A stretch of DNA of 64,000 bases from Candidatus Latescibacterota bacterium. Lineage in GTDB: Bacteria > Latescibacterota > UBA2968. The position numbers and the translations under genes are program-made. Below are positions 48,501 to 57,903 of this stretch, piece after piece (positions within the stretch are counted from its first letter, which is position 1; every line of letters begins with the position of its first letter). The DNA is taken from NCBI GenBank assembly GCA_965208125.1, contig OZ242320.1, positions 2,272,001-2,336,000 of the forward strand. The letters are read 5' to 3'. Under the pieces are notes generated by a model. The model was not told the DNA's origin. It made no database searches and was given only the letters and a program-made list of their open reading frames with translations.

Positions 48501-51500
48501 ACTGTTCTGAGCATCCGTCGGTCCGGTGATGACCACCGTTGGACGAGTCAGGTTTGCCTCTACCGAGAATTGGCTGGCTGCTGCCGTGTTGCCATTGCCT
48601 GCACCATCAGTGGCGACGTTCTCAGCGATATCTACTGTTACTGTTCCACTGGCCGCTGGCGTGATGGTGACTGTGTAGCTGTCTTCAGAACCTGAGAAGG
48701 CTGTGACGGCTCCATTGCCGACTGTTACCTCACTCTGCTCGAACCCTGTGACAGATTCTGAGAAGGTGATGGTTACGTCAAATGCACTGTTCTGATCATC
48801 CGTTGGTCCTGTGATGGTCACTGTCGGTGCATCGAGGTCTGCCGTTACTGAGAATTGGCTGGCTGCACTGTTGCCGTTGCCTGCGCTATCAGTGGCGACG
48901 TCTGCTGGGACATCTACGGTCACGGTTCCGCTGGCCACTGGCGCGATGGTAGCTGTGTAGGTTGCTCCTGCACCAGAGAAGGCTGTCACAGTTCCATTGC
49001 CCACCGTCACCTCACTCTGCTCGAATCCTGTGACGGATTCCGAGAAGGTGATGGTTATATCAAATGCACTGTTCTGATCATCCGTCGGTCCTGTGATGGT
49101 CACCGTTGGACGAATCAGGTTTGCCTCTACCGAGAATTGGCTGGCTGCTGCCGTGTTGCCATTGCCTGCACCATCAGTGGCGACGTTTTCCGGCACATCC
49201 ACTGTCACGGTTCCATTGGCTGCTGGCGTGATGGAGACTGTGTAGGTTGCTTCTGTACCAGAGAAGGCTGTGACGGCTCCATTGCCTACTGTGATATCGT
49301 TCTGCTCGAATCCTGTGACAGATTCTGAGAAGGTGATGGTTAGGTCAAATGGACCCTTCTGTGTATCCGTCGGTCCTGTGATGGTCACTGTTGGCCGCTC
49401 CAGGTCTGCCTGCACGGAAAACTGGCTCGCCGCCGTGTTGCCATTGGTGGCGACGTCTGCTGGCACATCTACTGTTACTGTTCCACTGGCCGTCGGTGTG
49501 ATGGTAGCTGTGTAGCTGTCTTCTGAACCAGAGAAGGCTGTCGCGGTTCCATTGCCTACTGTGATGTCGTTCTGCTCGAATCCTGTAACGGCTTCTGAGA
49601 AGGTGATGGTTACGTCAAACGCACTGTTCTGATCATCCGTCGGTCCGGTGATGCTGACCGTCGGTTTATCTACGTCTGGGCTCGGGCTCGTGATGCTGGC
49701 TGTGAATTGGCTGAACGCTGCACCGTTGCCGTTGCCTGCGGCATCAGTGGCGACGTTTGCTGGCACATTTACGGTCACGGTTCCATTGCCCGCTGGGGTA
49801 ATGGTGGCTGTGTAGCTGTCTTCTGAACCAGAGAAGGCTGTGACGGCTCCATTGCCGACTGTTACGTCACTCTGTTCGAATCCTGTGACGGCTTCTGTGA
49901 AGGTGATGGTTATGTCAAACGCACTGTTCTGCGTGTCTGTCGGTCCGGTGATGCTGACTAACGGAGCATCCAGGTCTGCTGTCACGGAGAATTGGCTGGC
50001 TGCCTCGTTGCCGTTGTTCCCCACATCCTTGGCCGCGTTTTCTGGCACATCTACGGTCACGGTTCCGCTGGCCGCTGGCGCGATGGTGGCTGTGTAGGTT
50101 GCTTCTGTACCTGAGAAGGCTGTCACGAAGCCGTTGCCGACTGTTACCTCACTCTGCTCGAACCCTGTGACGTCTTCTGAGAAGGTGATGGTTACGTCAA
50201 ATGTACTGTTCTGAGGATCCGTCGGTCCGGTGATGCTGACCGTCGGTTTATCTACGTCTAATGTTCTCGTACTCTTGAGTTTGACTGCGAATTGGCTGGC
50301 TGCGCTGTTGCTGTTGCCTGCGGCATCAGTGGCGATATCTGCTGGCACATCCACGGTTACGGTTCCACTGCCCTCTGGGGTAATGGTGGCTGTGTAGGTT
50401 GCATCCGAACCTGAGAAGGCTGTGATGGACCCTTTGCCCACCGCAATGTCGTTCTGCTCAAATCCTGTGACGTCCTCCGAGAAGGTGATGGTTACGTCAA
50501 ATGTACTGTTCTGAGGATCCGTCGGTCCGGTGATGCTGACCGTTGGCGCATCGAGGTCTGCGTTCACTGCGAATTGGCTGGCTGCGCTGTTGCTGTTGCC
50601 TGCGACATCGTTGGCGACGTCTGCTGACACATCTACGGTCACGGTTCCGGTAGCCGCTGGTGTGATGGTGGCTGTGTAGCTGTCTTCAGAACCTGAGAAG
50701 GCAGTGACGAAGCCGTTGCCGACTGTTATATCACTCTGCTCGAATCCTGTGACGGATTCTGAGAAGGTGATGGTTACGTCAAACGCACTGTTCTGAGGAT
50801 CCGTCGGTCCGGTGATGCTGACCGTTGGCGCATCGAAGTCTGCCGTTACTGCAAATTGGCTGGCTGCGCTGTTGCCGTTGTCTGCGGCATCGTTGGCGAC
50901 GTTTGCTGGCACATCTACGGTTACTGTTCCATTGGCCGCTGGTGTGATGGTGGCTGTGTAGCTGTCTTCAGAACCTGAGAAGGCAGTGACGGAGCCGTTG
51001 CCGACTGTTACATCACTCTGCTCAAATCCTGTAACGGATTCTGAGAAGGTGATGGTTACGTCAAACACACTGTTCTGATCATCCGTCGGTCCGGTGATGG
51101 TCACTGTTGGCGCATCGAGGTCTGCGTTCACTGAGAATTGGCTGGCTGCCTCGTTGCCCTTTTCTACGACATCAGTGGCGACGTTTTCTGGCACATCTAC
51201 GGTCACGGTTCCGGTAGCCGCTGGTGTGATGGTGGCTGTGTAGGTTGCATTCGAACCTGAGAAGGCTGTGATGGAGCCGTTTCCGACTGTTACATCACTC
51301 TGCTCAAATCCTGTGACGTCCTCTGAAAAGGTGATGGTTACGTCAAATGGTTCTTTCTGTGTATCCGTCGGTCCGGTGATGCTGACCGTTGGCGCATCGA
51401 GGTCTGCCAGCACCGTAAACGTCCTGGATGCCCTGTTGTCATGGCCTGCTTCATCCTTGAACGTCGCTGCGCCGACCTGTACGGTCACGTTGCCGCTTGC

Positions 51501-54500
51501 GGTCGGTGTAATCTGCACGGTGTAGTTCCACCCGTAATCGGTATCGGCCTCGAAAGACGTGACCGTGCCGTTTGTCACCGTGATATCTTCCGCGTCGAAC
51601 CCGACGAGATTACCTTCGGTCGCTGCAAGCCTGACATCGAAGGGTCCGGTTTGAGGTGCCGTCGGTCCGGTGATCCCGGAACTGTACCAGAAGCGCGGCG
51701 GGTCTGCGTCCACCCACACCCGATAGTCTCCCCTCAGAGTGGCAGGGCCGTTCTTGACTCCGAACCATGTCGCTCTCAGGACACATTCGTATGGCCACGA
51801 CCCTTTTCTTTCATCGTTCCTGTAGCTCGGCGTCAATGTCAGGTCAAAGGCTGGCCCTTCCCCGGTGTAGGATATCGTGCTATTCTTCTGCGACGGCTCA
51901 AAACTGTATGCCTCAGGCACTTCCGAGAAGATGACTTTTACCTGGAAAGGGTCCTCGGTCGTGCGCACCGTGGTCGGGCCTTCGAACCGGATTGACCGCG
52001 GCAGATACACTTGCACCGAGAATTGACTGGCTGCCTCGTTGTTATGGCCTACACCATCAGTGGCGGCGTTTGCTGGTACATCCACCGTCACGATTCCACT
52101 TGCCGCCGGGGTGATGGTGGCCGTGTAGCTTGTTCCGGAACCGGAGAATGCAGTGACGGTTCCATTGCCGATTGTTACATCACTCTGCTCGAATCCTGTG
52201 ACGTCCTCCGAGAAGGTGATGGTTACGTCAAAGGCACTGTCCTGATTATCCGTGGGTCCGGTGATGCTAACCGTCGGTGCATCTATGTCTGCGGTCACTG
52301 AGAATTGGCTCGCCGCGGTGTTGCCGTTAGTCGCCACATCCTCCGCCACGTTGGCCGCCACATCTACGGTTACGGTGCCGGTGGCTGTTGGGGTGATGGT
52401 GGCTGTGTAGCTGCTGTCCGAACCGGAGAATGCAGTGACGGTTCCATTGCCAACTGTTACATCCCCCTGCTCGAATCCTGTGACGTCCTCCGAGAAGGTG
52501 ATGGTTACGTCAAATGGTTCCTTCTGCGTGTCCGTCGGCCCCGCGATGCTGACTGTCGGCGCATCGAGGTCTGCCAGCACTGAAAACTGCGGGGATGCCC
52601 TGTTGTCATGGCCTGTGCCGTCCTTGAACGTCGCCGCGCCGACCTTCACCCTCACGTATCCGCTCGCGGCCGGTGTAATCTGCACGGTGTAGCTATCCCC
52701 GTAATCGGAATTGGCCTTGAAAGACGTGACCGAGCCGTTCTCGACCGTGATATCTTCCGCGTCGAAGCCGACGAGATTACCTTCGGTCACTCCAAGACTG
52801 ACATTGAAGGGGCCGTTCTGCGGCACCGTCGGTCCGGAGACCCCTCGGCTCCAGAATCGAGGCGGATCCGGATCCACATCTACCTGATAGGTTGCAACCA
52901 AAGAAGGATGGCCCTCCCTGGGGTCGGACCAATGCAGCCGTATCCTGCACCAGTACGGCCACGACCCGCTTCGTTTTTCCGTGTAACCCGGCGTCACCGT
53001 GAAGGTAACGACTGACTGGCCGGAGTACCAGGTGGTGGAAGCAGTGAGATGCCATCTGTCACTGTATAAGGACCCAGACACAGGCGGTTCCGAGAAGATG
53101 GCTCGTACCTGGAACGAATCCCCGGTCTTGCGTATCGTGGTCGGCCCTTCGAACCGAATCCACCGCGGCAGATACACTTCCACGGAGAATTGGCTCGCCG
53201 CCGTGTTGTTGTTGCCTGCGGCATCCTCCGCCACGTTGGCCGCCACATCTACCGTCGCGGTTCTACTGACTGTCGGCGTGATGGTGGCTGTGTAGCTGCT
53301 GCCCGAACCTGAGAAGGCAGTGACGGAGCCATTGCCGACTGTCACGTCCTCCTTCTCGAACCCTGTGACGTCCTCCGAGAAGGTGATCGTCACGTCAAAT
53401 GCCCCTTCCTGATCATCGGTCGGTCCGGTGATGCTGACTGTCGGCGCATCTATGTCTGCTGCCACTGAGAACTGGCTGGCCGCCTCGTTGCCATTGCCCG
53501 CCGCATCCCTGGCCGCGTTCTCCGCCACATCTACGGTCACGGTTCCAGTGGCCGCTGGCGTGATGGTGGCTGTGTAGCTGGCTCCCGAACCGGAGAAGGC
53601 TGTCACCGACCCGTTGCCGACCGTCACATCCGACTGCTCAAAACTGTTCACATTCGGATCTATCGCCTCCGAAAACTCGATACTCACGCTAAACGCACCG
53701 GTCTGAACGGCCGTCGGTCCGGTGATGGTTACTGTCGGCGCATCCTGGTCTGCCGTCACGGAGAATTGGCTGGCTGCCTCGTTGCCGTTGCCTGAGGCAT
53801 CGGTGGCGACGTTTGCCGCCACATCTACGGTCACGGTTCCACTGGCCGCTGGCGAGATTTCGACTTCATAGCTGGTCCCCGAACCCGAAAAGGATTTCAC
53901 CGACCCGTTGCCGACCGTCACATCCGACTGCTCGAACCCGGTGACGTCCTCCGAGAAGGTGATCGTCACCTTGAACGAATGCTTCCCTATCGTATATGTC
54001 GGTCCGGTGATGGTCACTGTGGGATCCTCCAGGTCCGCCTCGGTCACCGTGATCGTGAAGGTCGCTGTCGAGGGGCTCTCCAGCGAGGTGCCCTCCTCAT
54101 TTGCCTCGATCGTGACCGTGTAATCCTTTTCTGTCGCGTTCGCGGCCACCGTGCCCTGCACCTGGCCGTTCGTGTACGACAGCCCGGAAGGCAGGCCCGA
54201 AACCGTCACGGTCACCGGGTCTTCGTTCGGATCGGTCACCGTGATGTCGAACGCGGTGATCGTCTCTCCCTGCTCATACGTCTTGTTCTCCGGTGCCTTG
54301 ATCACTGGCGGCTGGTTCGACGCCTTCACCCTGATCGTGAAGGTCTTCGTCACTGTGTTCACCCTGTCAGTTACGCTGATCGTGACCGTGTAGTCCTTTG
54401 CCGTTGCATCTGACGCCACTGTGCCCTGCACCTGGCCGTTCGTGTACGACAGTCCCGATGGAAGACCCGTCATCGTCACCGTAATGTTGACGTCGTAGTC

Positions 54501-55583
54501 GTCCGGATCGCTTACCGTGATCCCGAAGGCCGCGATCGCGTCTCCCTGATAGTACGTCCTGCTCGACGGCGGTGTGAACTCCGGCGGCTGGTTCGACGCC
54601 GACAACACCGTGATCGTGAAGGTCGCTTTCACCGCGGAGTTCACCTGGTCATTTACCTCGATCTCCACCTTGTAGTCCTGTGCCGTTGCACCTGACGCCA
54701 CCGTGCCCGTTACCTGCAGGGATTCCGACTCTTCATCCCACGACCAGGTCAGCCCTGACGGTAGATTCAATATCGTCATGCTCAACGCGTCGTCGTCGGC
54801 ATCGCTTACCGGGATCCCGAACGAGGTGATCGTGTCTCCCTGCTTGTACGTCTTGTTGCCCGGGGCTGTGATCACCGGCGCTGCGTTCAGATTTACCTGC
54901 ACGGAGAATTGGCTCGCCGCGGTGTTGTTATTGCCTCCCGCATCCCTGGTTACTTTGGCCGCCACATCTACTGTCACTGTTCCATTGGCCGACGGCGTGA
55001 TGGTGGCTGTGTAGCTGGCCCCCGAACCGGAGAACGCCGTCACCGACCCGTTGCCGACTGTCACGTCATCCTGCTCGAACGCGCCCCCGTGCACACCCAC
55101 CGCCTCTGAAAACTCGATATCCACGTCGAACGCACCGGTCTGAACGGCCGATGGACCGGTGATGCTGACCGATGGAGGATCCATATCTACTGTCCCCGAA
55201 TACTGGCTCGCTGCCCTGTTGCCATGGCCTGCGCCATTGGTGGCGACGTTCTCGGCGATATCTACTGTCACCGTGCCGCTGGCCGACGGCTGGAGATTGA
55301 CCGAATAGCTACTCCCTGAACCGGAGAACTCCGTCACCGATGCGTTGCTGACCGTCACGTCATCCTGCTCGAACCCGGTCACCGACTCAGAGAAGGTGAT
55401 GGTCACACTAAACGGATGGTTCCCTATCGTGTAGGACGGGCCACTGATGCTGACCGTCGGACCATTGGGATCTGCCTGAACCGAAGTTGGGTGAATTAGC
55501 AAAGCGAGTGCCACAAGGCAGAAAGCTGCGATCGCACCTGATAGTCGGATTTGGCTGTTAAAGAACTTGCTCGGAAAACGCAT
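42585..55583 (-). CDS. Giant Ig-repeat autotransporter adhesin (4332 aa)
   Basis: Signal peptide, ~30 Big-like repeats of ~94 aa (TITFSESVTGFEQSDVTVGNG), 3 He_PIG-like domains, Calx/cadherin-like domains, C-terminal beta-barrel ending LQGQIYW; AAAGGA SD. Confidence 0.9.
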   Translation of the reverse strand: MRFPSKFFNSQIRLSGAIAAFCLVALALLIHPTSVQADPNGPTVSISGPSYTIGNHPFSVTITFSESVTGFEQDDVTVSNASVTEFSGSGSSYSVNLQPSASGTVTVDIAENVATNGAGHGNRAASQYSGTVDMDPPSVSITGPSAVQTGAFDVDIEFSEAVGVHGGAFEQDDVTVGNGSVTAFSGSGASYTATITPSANGTVTVDVAAKVTRDAGGNNNTAASQFSVQVNLNAAPVITAPGNKTYKQGDTITSFGIPVSDADDDALSMTILNLPSGLTWSWDEESESLQVTGTVASGATAQDYKVEIEVNDQVNSAVKATFTITVLSASNQPPEFTPPSSRTYYQGDAIAAFGITVSDPDDYDVNITVTMTGLPSGLSYTNGQVQGTVASDATAKDYTVTISVTDRVNTVTKTFTIRVKASNQPPVIKAPENKTYEQGETITAFDITVTDPNEDPVTVTVSGLPSGLSYTNGQVQGTVAANATEKDYTVTIEANEEGTSLESPSTATFTITVTEADLEDPTVTITGPTYTIGKHSFKVTITFSEDVTGFEQSDVTVGNGSVKSFSGSGTSYEVEISPAASGTVTVDVAANVATDASGNGNEAASQFSVTADQDAPTVTITGPTAVQTGAFSVSIEFSEAIDPNVNSFEQSDVTVGNGSVTAFSGSGASYTATITPAATGTVTVDVAENAARDAAGNGNEAASQFSVAADIDAPTVSITGPTDDQEGAFDVTITFSEDVTGFEKEDVTVGNGSVTAFSGSGSSYTATITPTVSRTATVDVAANVAEDAAGNNNTAASQFSVEVYLPRWIRFEGPTTIRKTGDSFQVRAIFSEPPVSGSLYSDRWHLTASTTWYSGQSVVTFTVTPGYTEKRSGSWPYWCRIRLHWSDPREGHPSLVATYQVDVDPDPPRFWSRGVSGPTVPQNGPFNVSLGVTEGNLVGFDAEDITVENGSVTSFKANSDYGDSYTVQITPAASGYVRVKVGAATFKDGTGHDNRASPQFSVLADLDAPTVSIAGPTDTQKEPFDVTITFSEDVTGFEQGDVTVGNGTVTAFSGSDSSYTATITPTATGTVTVDVAANVAEDVATNGNTAASQFSVTADIDAPTVSITGPTDNQDSAFDVTITFSEDVTGFEQSDVTIGNGTVTAFSGSGTSYTATITPAASGIVTVDVPANAATDGVGHNNEAASQFSVQVYLPRSIRFEGPTTVRTTEDPFQVKVIFSEVPEAYSFEPSQKNSTISYTGEGPAFDLTLTPSYRNDERKGSWPYECVLRATWFGVKNGPATLRGDYRVWVDADPPRFWYSSGITGPTAPQTGPFDVRLAATEGNLVGFDAEDITVTNGTVTSFEADTDYGWNYTVQITPTASGNVTVQVGAATFKDEAGHDNRASRTFTVLADLDAPTVSITGPTDTQKEPFDVTITFSEDVTGFEQSDVTVGNGSITAFSGSNATYTATITPAATGTVTVDVPENVATDVVEKGNEAASQFSVNADLDAPTVTITGPTDDQNSVFDVTITFSESVTGFEQSDVTVGNGSVTAFSGSEDSYTATITPAANGTVTVDVPANVANDAADNGNSAASQFAVTADFDAPTVSITGPTDPQNSAFDVTITFSESVTGFEQSDITVGNGFVTAFSGSEDSYTATITPAATGTVTVDVSADVANDVAGNSNSAASQFAVNADLDAPTVSITGPTDPQNSTFDVTITFSEDVTGFEQNDIAVGKGSITAFSGSDATYTATITPEGSGTVTVDVPADIATDAAGNSNSAASQFAVKLKSTRTLDVDKPTVSITGPTDPQNSTFDVTITFSEDVTGFEQSEVTVGNGFVTAFSGTEATYTATIAPAASGTVTVDVPENAAKDVGNNGNEAASQFSVTADLDAPLVSITGPTDTQNSAFDITITFTEAVTGFEQSDVTVGNGAVTAFSGSEDSYTATITPAGNGTVTVNVPANVATDAAGNGNGAAFSQFTASITSPSPDVDKPTVSITGPTDDQNSAFDVTITFSEAVTGFEQNDITVGNGTATAFSGSEDSYTATITPTASGTVTVDVPADVATNGNTAASQFSVQADLERPTVTITGPTDTQKGPFDLTITFSESVTGFEQNDITVGNGAVTAFSGTEATYTVSITPAANGTVTVDVPENVATDGAGNGNTAAASQFSVEANLIRPTVTITGPTDDQNSAFDITITFSESVTGFEQSEVTVGNGTVTAFSGAGATYTATIAPVASGTVTVDVPADVATDSAGNGNSAASQFSVTADLDAPTVTITGPTDDQNSAFDVTITFSESVTGFEQSEVTVGNGAVTAFSGSEDSYTVTITPAASGTVTVDIAENVATDGAGNGNTAAASQFSVEANLTRPTVVITGPTDAQNSAFDVTITFSESVTGFEQSEVTVGNGAVTAFSGSEASYTVTITPAANGTVTVDVPANVANDAAGNGNEAASQFAVTADLDAPTVTITGPTDPQNSAFDITITFSESVTGFEQSEVTVGNGTATAFSGSGASYTVTITPAANGTVTVDVPANVANDAAGNGNSAAASQFAVTADLERPTVTITGPTDDQNSAFDITITFSAPVTGFEQGDITVGNGAVTAFSGTQAAYTVTITPAANGTVTVDVAANVAEDAATNGNTAASQFSVTADLERPTVTITGPTDDQNSTFDVTITFSESVTGFEQSDITVGNGTATAFSGSGATYTATITPTASGTITVDVAANVAEDAATNSNTAAGQFSVTADLERPTVTITGPTDDQNSTFDVTITFSEAVTGFEQSDITVGNSSVTAFSGSGATYTATITPTASGTITVDVAADVATDSAGNGNTAAASQFSVKANLTRPTVVITGPTDTQNSAFDVTITFSESVTGFEQSDVTIGNGSITAFSGSGSSYTATITPAASGTVTVDVSADVATDSAGNGNTAASQFSVTTDIDAPTVSITGPTDPQNSAFDITITFSESVTGFEQGDITVGNGSITAFSGSGASYTATIEPADNGTVTIDVPADVATDSAGNGNTAAAGQVSVEANLTPPTVTITGPTDTQNGPFDITITFSEDVTEFGQDDITVGNGTVTTFSGSGNTYTATITPAATGTVTIDIAENIATDSAGNGNTAAAGQVSVEANLTRPTVTITGPMDAQNSAFDITITFSESVTGFEQGDITVGNGTVTTFSGSGNTYTATITPAATGTVTVDVAADVATDSAGNGNSAASQFSVTADMDAPTISITGPTDAQNSAFDITITFSESVTGFEQGDITVGNGTVTAFSGSGTTYTATITPTATGTVTVDVAADVATDSAGNGNSAATSQVSVTADFNAPTVTITRPTDVQKDPFDITITFSEDVTGFGQDDITVGNGTVTAFSGSGTTYTVTITPTATGTVTVNIDENIATDGAGNGNNAAEEQVSVEANLTPPSVTITGPTGASGLTAGELGLTTTETGGTATFTVVLNIWPTAAVNLSISSSDITEGTVAPQSLTFTATNWNIPQTVTITGVDDNIDDGDQDYKIVLAATSDQPDYNGINLPEVLVTNRDDDVAGITVTPILGLIVNQSGIVSLTKTTATAISPDSRLATTERGHVASFKVVLDSQPTEPVNLSISSSDITEGIGTPQSLTFMPNTESWNTPQVITVAGLPDDLNDGDQPYTVTISPVASADLKYKNIDPKEILLTNLDDITLTTTNLDDITLTDLTLSKGTLTPTFASETTTYEAMIGNAVESLTVTPTASDTAATIVVNGTPIKSGTPSQPIALAIGANTIEVILASAIYTLTVTRQENGAPAAPLLENQTATVGTAFQYAFPEVNDPDPSQTVTYTAALEGGAPLPTWLRFDAANRAFSGTPARNDVGVHSIAVTATDNGIPSMSASMTFTLSVVVPDLNPHVLTLALGTFGRTVASNAVNAIEDRFTTPRLEASYATLGGQPLTLRADHGVIGLLQSLARSMGLNINLPLGQFGAASRMHNPFDYKPIQFHSRSARDILSQSRFGLRMGQENAEKISPWSLWGHGSTSGFSSRTEDNLALDGRVFSGYLGIDYRFNPLTLGLALSHSTGEIDYTGSDAGVMDLNLLSVIPYMHYSAGTGLDIWGLGGTGRGNVQITDQYSEAQTDIAMIMAAVGMRNALAKAGGIDLSLKSDAFVVSINSDERENLPVAQADVQRVRFALQGESNHQSETSSLTPRLELGGRWDGGKAETGIGAEIGGGLGYVHTPSGWGIEARGHYLIAHQQADFKDWSARISLRFDPGIRDRGLRLAISPVWGNPVSRTNALWDPTHLLDTAHSSQRPVGDVRPQQFDIEIGYDLPTHGKNGVLASYGGLRTSGASTMHYRLGSRLELDRTVHLNIEAEHRKQAVGPSDSRIILQGQIYW
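45420..55460 (-). repeat. Tandem array of ~282-285-bp Ig-domain repeats within the autotransporter
   Basis: Recurrent GAGAAGGTGATGGTTA(C/T)GTCAAA on the + strand at ~282-285 bp period. Confidence 0.95.
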
Positions 55584-55631
55584 TTGTTGATTCCTTTCAC
55601 AAAGGTTTGTAGTTGTTTGCGCTTATCCTTG

Positions 55632-55647
55632 TGCAAAAACCGTGCCA
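55632..55647 (-). promoter_or_regulatory. Sigma54 (-24/-12) promoter of the autotransporter
   Basis: Reverse complement TGGCACGGTTTTTGCA, 48 nt upstream of the ATG. Confidence 0.88.
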
Positions 55648-55822
55648 GTGTTCTCAGAAATTTCTTAACCCATTCCGATACAATTACTTAGAGGCACATG
55701 TCCCCAATAGCTAAATCGTCTGCAAATTCGGCAAAATGCAATGGTCGCATGTCGATCTGAGGCCGATTAGAGGAGTCTATATTGTTTTATTTCAAGGGGT
55801 TATGTTGCGATAGGAGGGTGCG

Positions 55823-55858
55823 AGTCGCATTTTGCAATACGAGTCGCATTTTGTAGCG
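55823..55858. promoter_or_regulatory. Candidate enhancer (UAS) pair for the sigma54 activator
   Basis: AGTCGCATTTTGCAATA and AGTCGCATTTTGTAGCG, 19-bp period; IHF-like TTTCAAGGGGTTA at 55790-55802. Confidence 0.7.
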
Positions 55859-55907
55859 ATGTGTAGGAAGTGTGATCCGTAGATGACGCAGATGAACACA
55901 GATAATT

Positions 55908-55968
55908 GTAGGGGCGACCCTTGTGGTCGCCCGTCTTGAACAAGGGCGACCACAAGGGTCGCCCCTAC
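55908..55968. repeat. REP doublet; the right GTAG supplies the activator stop codon
   Basis: GTAGGGGCGACCCTTGTGGTCGCCC-spacer-GGGCGACCACAAGGGTCGCCCCTAC. Confidence 0.9.
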
Positions 55969-57845
55969 TTCAAATTCAGGTCGTATCTCTTCAATTTCCG
56001 GTACAGGGTCGCTCTGTTGATTCCCAGGGCTTGAGCTGCTCTGGTAACGTTGTGATCTGAGGCTTCAAGCGCGTGGGTTATGGCCTCATGCTCGACTTTC
56101 TCAAGGGGCAGGATCGCTGTTGGCTGGTCGCTTTGCGCCGATAGGAGCGGCGATAATTCGGACGGGAAGTTGCTGGCTTGTAACACTTCGGTCGTCTCCA
56201 GCAGAACGGCCCGCTCAATGGCGTTTTCAAGTTCTCGTACGTTGCCAGGCCAATCGTACTGGAGCAGTACGCGCAGTGCCGCGTTGGAAAGGCCGCTGAT
56301 GGATTTGTCCATGCGTGTGGCGCACTTTCCGATAAAATGGTTGGCCAACAGGGGAATATCTTCTCGGCGTTCTCTCAGGGGCGGGATTGAGATGGGGAAA
56401 GCCGATAGGCGATAGAACAGGTCTTCGCGGAAGGTTCCCGCCTGTATCGCATTCTCCAGGTTCTGGTTGGTTGCCGCAATTATCCGCACGTTTACCGGGA
56501 GCGTAGCCGATCCACCGATCCGCGATATTTTGCGTTCTTGCAGCACGCGCAATAGCTTGGCTTGCAGAACAGGTTGCATATCGCCGATTTCGTCGAGAAA
56601 AATTGTTCCGCCCTCGGCGCGCTCAAAAGCTCCGATTCTCTGATCCGTCGCTCCGGTGAAAGCCCCCTTTTCGTGGCCGAACAACTCGCTTTCAATCAGT
56701 GGTTCGGGAAGGGCGGCGCAATTGATAGCCACAAATGGCTCCTTCTTACGCGGACTATTGAAGTGGAAGAGTCTGGCGACCAGTTCCTTACCGGTTCCGC
56801 TTTCGCCGCGAATGAGTACCGTAATATCGCTTTCGGTTGCCTGCTTGATCAGCGCGTACATCTGCTGCATTTTGGGGCTGTCGCCCACGATGCCGTCGAA
56901 CGAATAGGTCGTTTCCAACTCGGAGCGCAGGCGCAGCACTTCGGTTTTCATTTGCTCGACTTCGATTTCTCTGGACACGTCTCGATACACCATCAGGCGA
57001 CCGATAACGGTTTCACAATCATCGCGCACCGGGGCGGTGGATTGGTAGAATAGCCGTTGCTTTGGCAACTGACCCGCACGGGTTTCTTTTTTCGCGTTGT
57101 CTTCAAGGAGGAACTTGCCCTCCAGTTCCGGCAGACCGGGTTCTTGAAACCGCTCTTTGAATCGCGTCATGAGCGCGTCCGGCGAAATTTTCTTGAGTTC
57201 GTTTTCCTTCAGATTGAACAATTTTTCGTAGCCTTGATTCGCAAATACCAGATGCCCGGTGGCATTGTACATGGCCATGGCGTCTCCTGTGGCATTTAGC
57301 ACGGCTTCCAGTCTTTGATGACTAACAGCGAGTTGCTGCTGTTTCTCGGCCAATGCCTGTTCGACGTTCCACTTGCCGACGAGGGAAAGCGCGATCTGCT
57401 GAATCTCCTCGTGTGCAAAAGGCTTTCTGATATAGAGGACTTTGTGCAGCAATTCCATTTCGTGGATGATCTCAGACAGAGGCTTGTCCGTGTACGCGGT
57501 CATGATGACGATCTCGATGTCGCGATCTATTTTTCTGATTCGACGGATCGTTTCAATACCATCGATACCCGGAGGCATTCTGATGTCGATATACGCAATG
57601 GCAAGGGGATGGTTCGATTCCTTTGCCTTATGTACGATTTCGCAGGCTTCCTCTCCGCTCGTTGCGTGCAAAAGTTCAAACTCTGGCAAAAAGGGCTTGT
57701 CTTTTTCGCGGATGAAGGCGGTCGCCAAATCATCTGTTGATCGCGCCAATAGGTTGGGCTTCAACATTTCTTCAAAGTCGTTGTGGATATCTTCCTGATC
57801 ATCAACGACCAGAACGCGATTGTTGTCATAATTATTGAGTTTCAT
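55965..57845 (-). CDS. Sigma54-dependent activator: REC-PAS-AAA+-Fis HTH
   Basis: VVDD...[10 protein letters not shown]...TAY...KP; [51 protein letters not shown]; SD favours ATG at 57845. Confidence 0.94.
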   Translation of the reverse strand: MKLNNYDNNRVLVVDDQEDIHNDFEEMLKPNLLARSTDDLATAFIREKDKPFLPEFELLHATSGEEACEIVHKAKESNHPLAIAYIDIRMPPGIDGIETIRRIRKIDRDIEIVIMTAYTDKPLSEIIHEMELLHKVLYIRKPFAHEEIQQIALSLVGKWNVEQALAEKQQQLAVSHQRLEAVLNATGDAMAMYNATGHLVFANQGYEKLFNLKENELKKISPDALMTRFKERFQEPGLPELEGKFLLEDNAKKETRAGQLPKQRLFYQSTAPVRDDCETVIGRLMVYRDVSREIEVEQMKTEVLRLRSELETTYSFDGIVGDSPKMQQMYALIKQATESDITVLIRGESGTGKELVARLFHFNSPRKKEPFVAINCAALPEPLIESELFGHEKGAFTGATDQRIGAFERAEGGTIFLDEIGDMQPVLQAKLLRVLQERKISRIGGSATLPVNVRIIAATNQNLENAIQAGTFREDLFYRLSAFPISIPPLRERREDIPLLANHFIGKCATRMDKSISGLSNAALRVLLQYDWPGNVRELENAIERAVLLETTEVLQASNFPSELSPLLSAQSDQPTAILPLEKVEHEAITHALEASDHNVTRAAQALGINRATLYRKLKRYDLNLK

Positions 57846-57903
57846 AAGCGGTCCTTTCGTCTGTGTCATGTCGAGAGCAGCGATCGCTTACTCTGGTTGT
57901 AGT

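Noticed and set aside
51687-53177. Diversity-generating retroelement target hypothesis for the variable Ig domains
   Set aside because: No reverse transcriptase or template repeat in the window; differences include indels and are not adenine-specific
45420-55460. Long regular repeat array resembling CRISPR or satellite DNA
   Set aside because: Units are in-frame ~94-aa protein domains with no unique spacers and no cas genes
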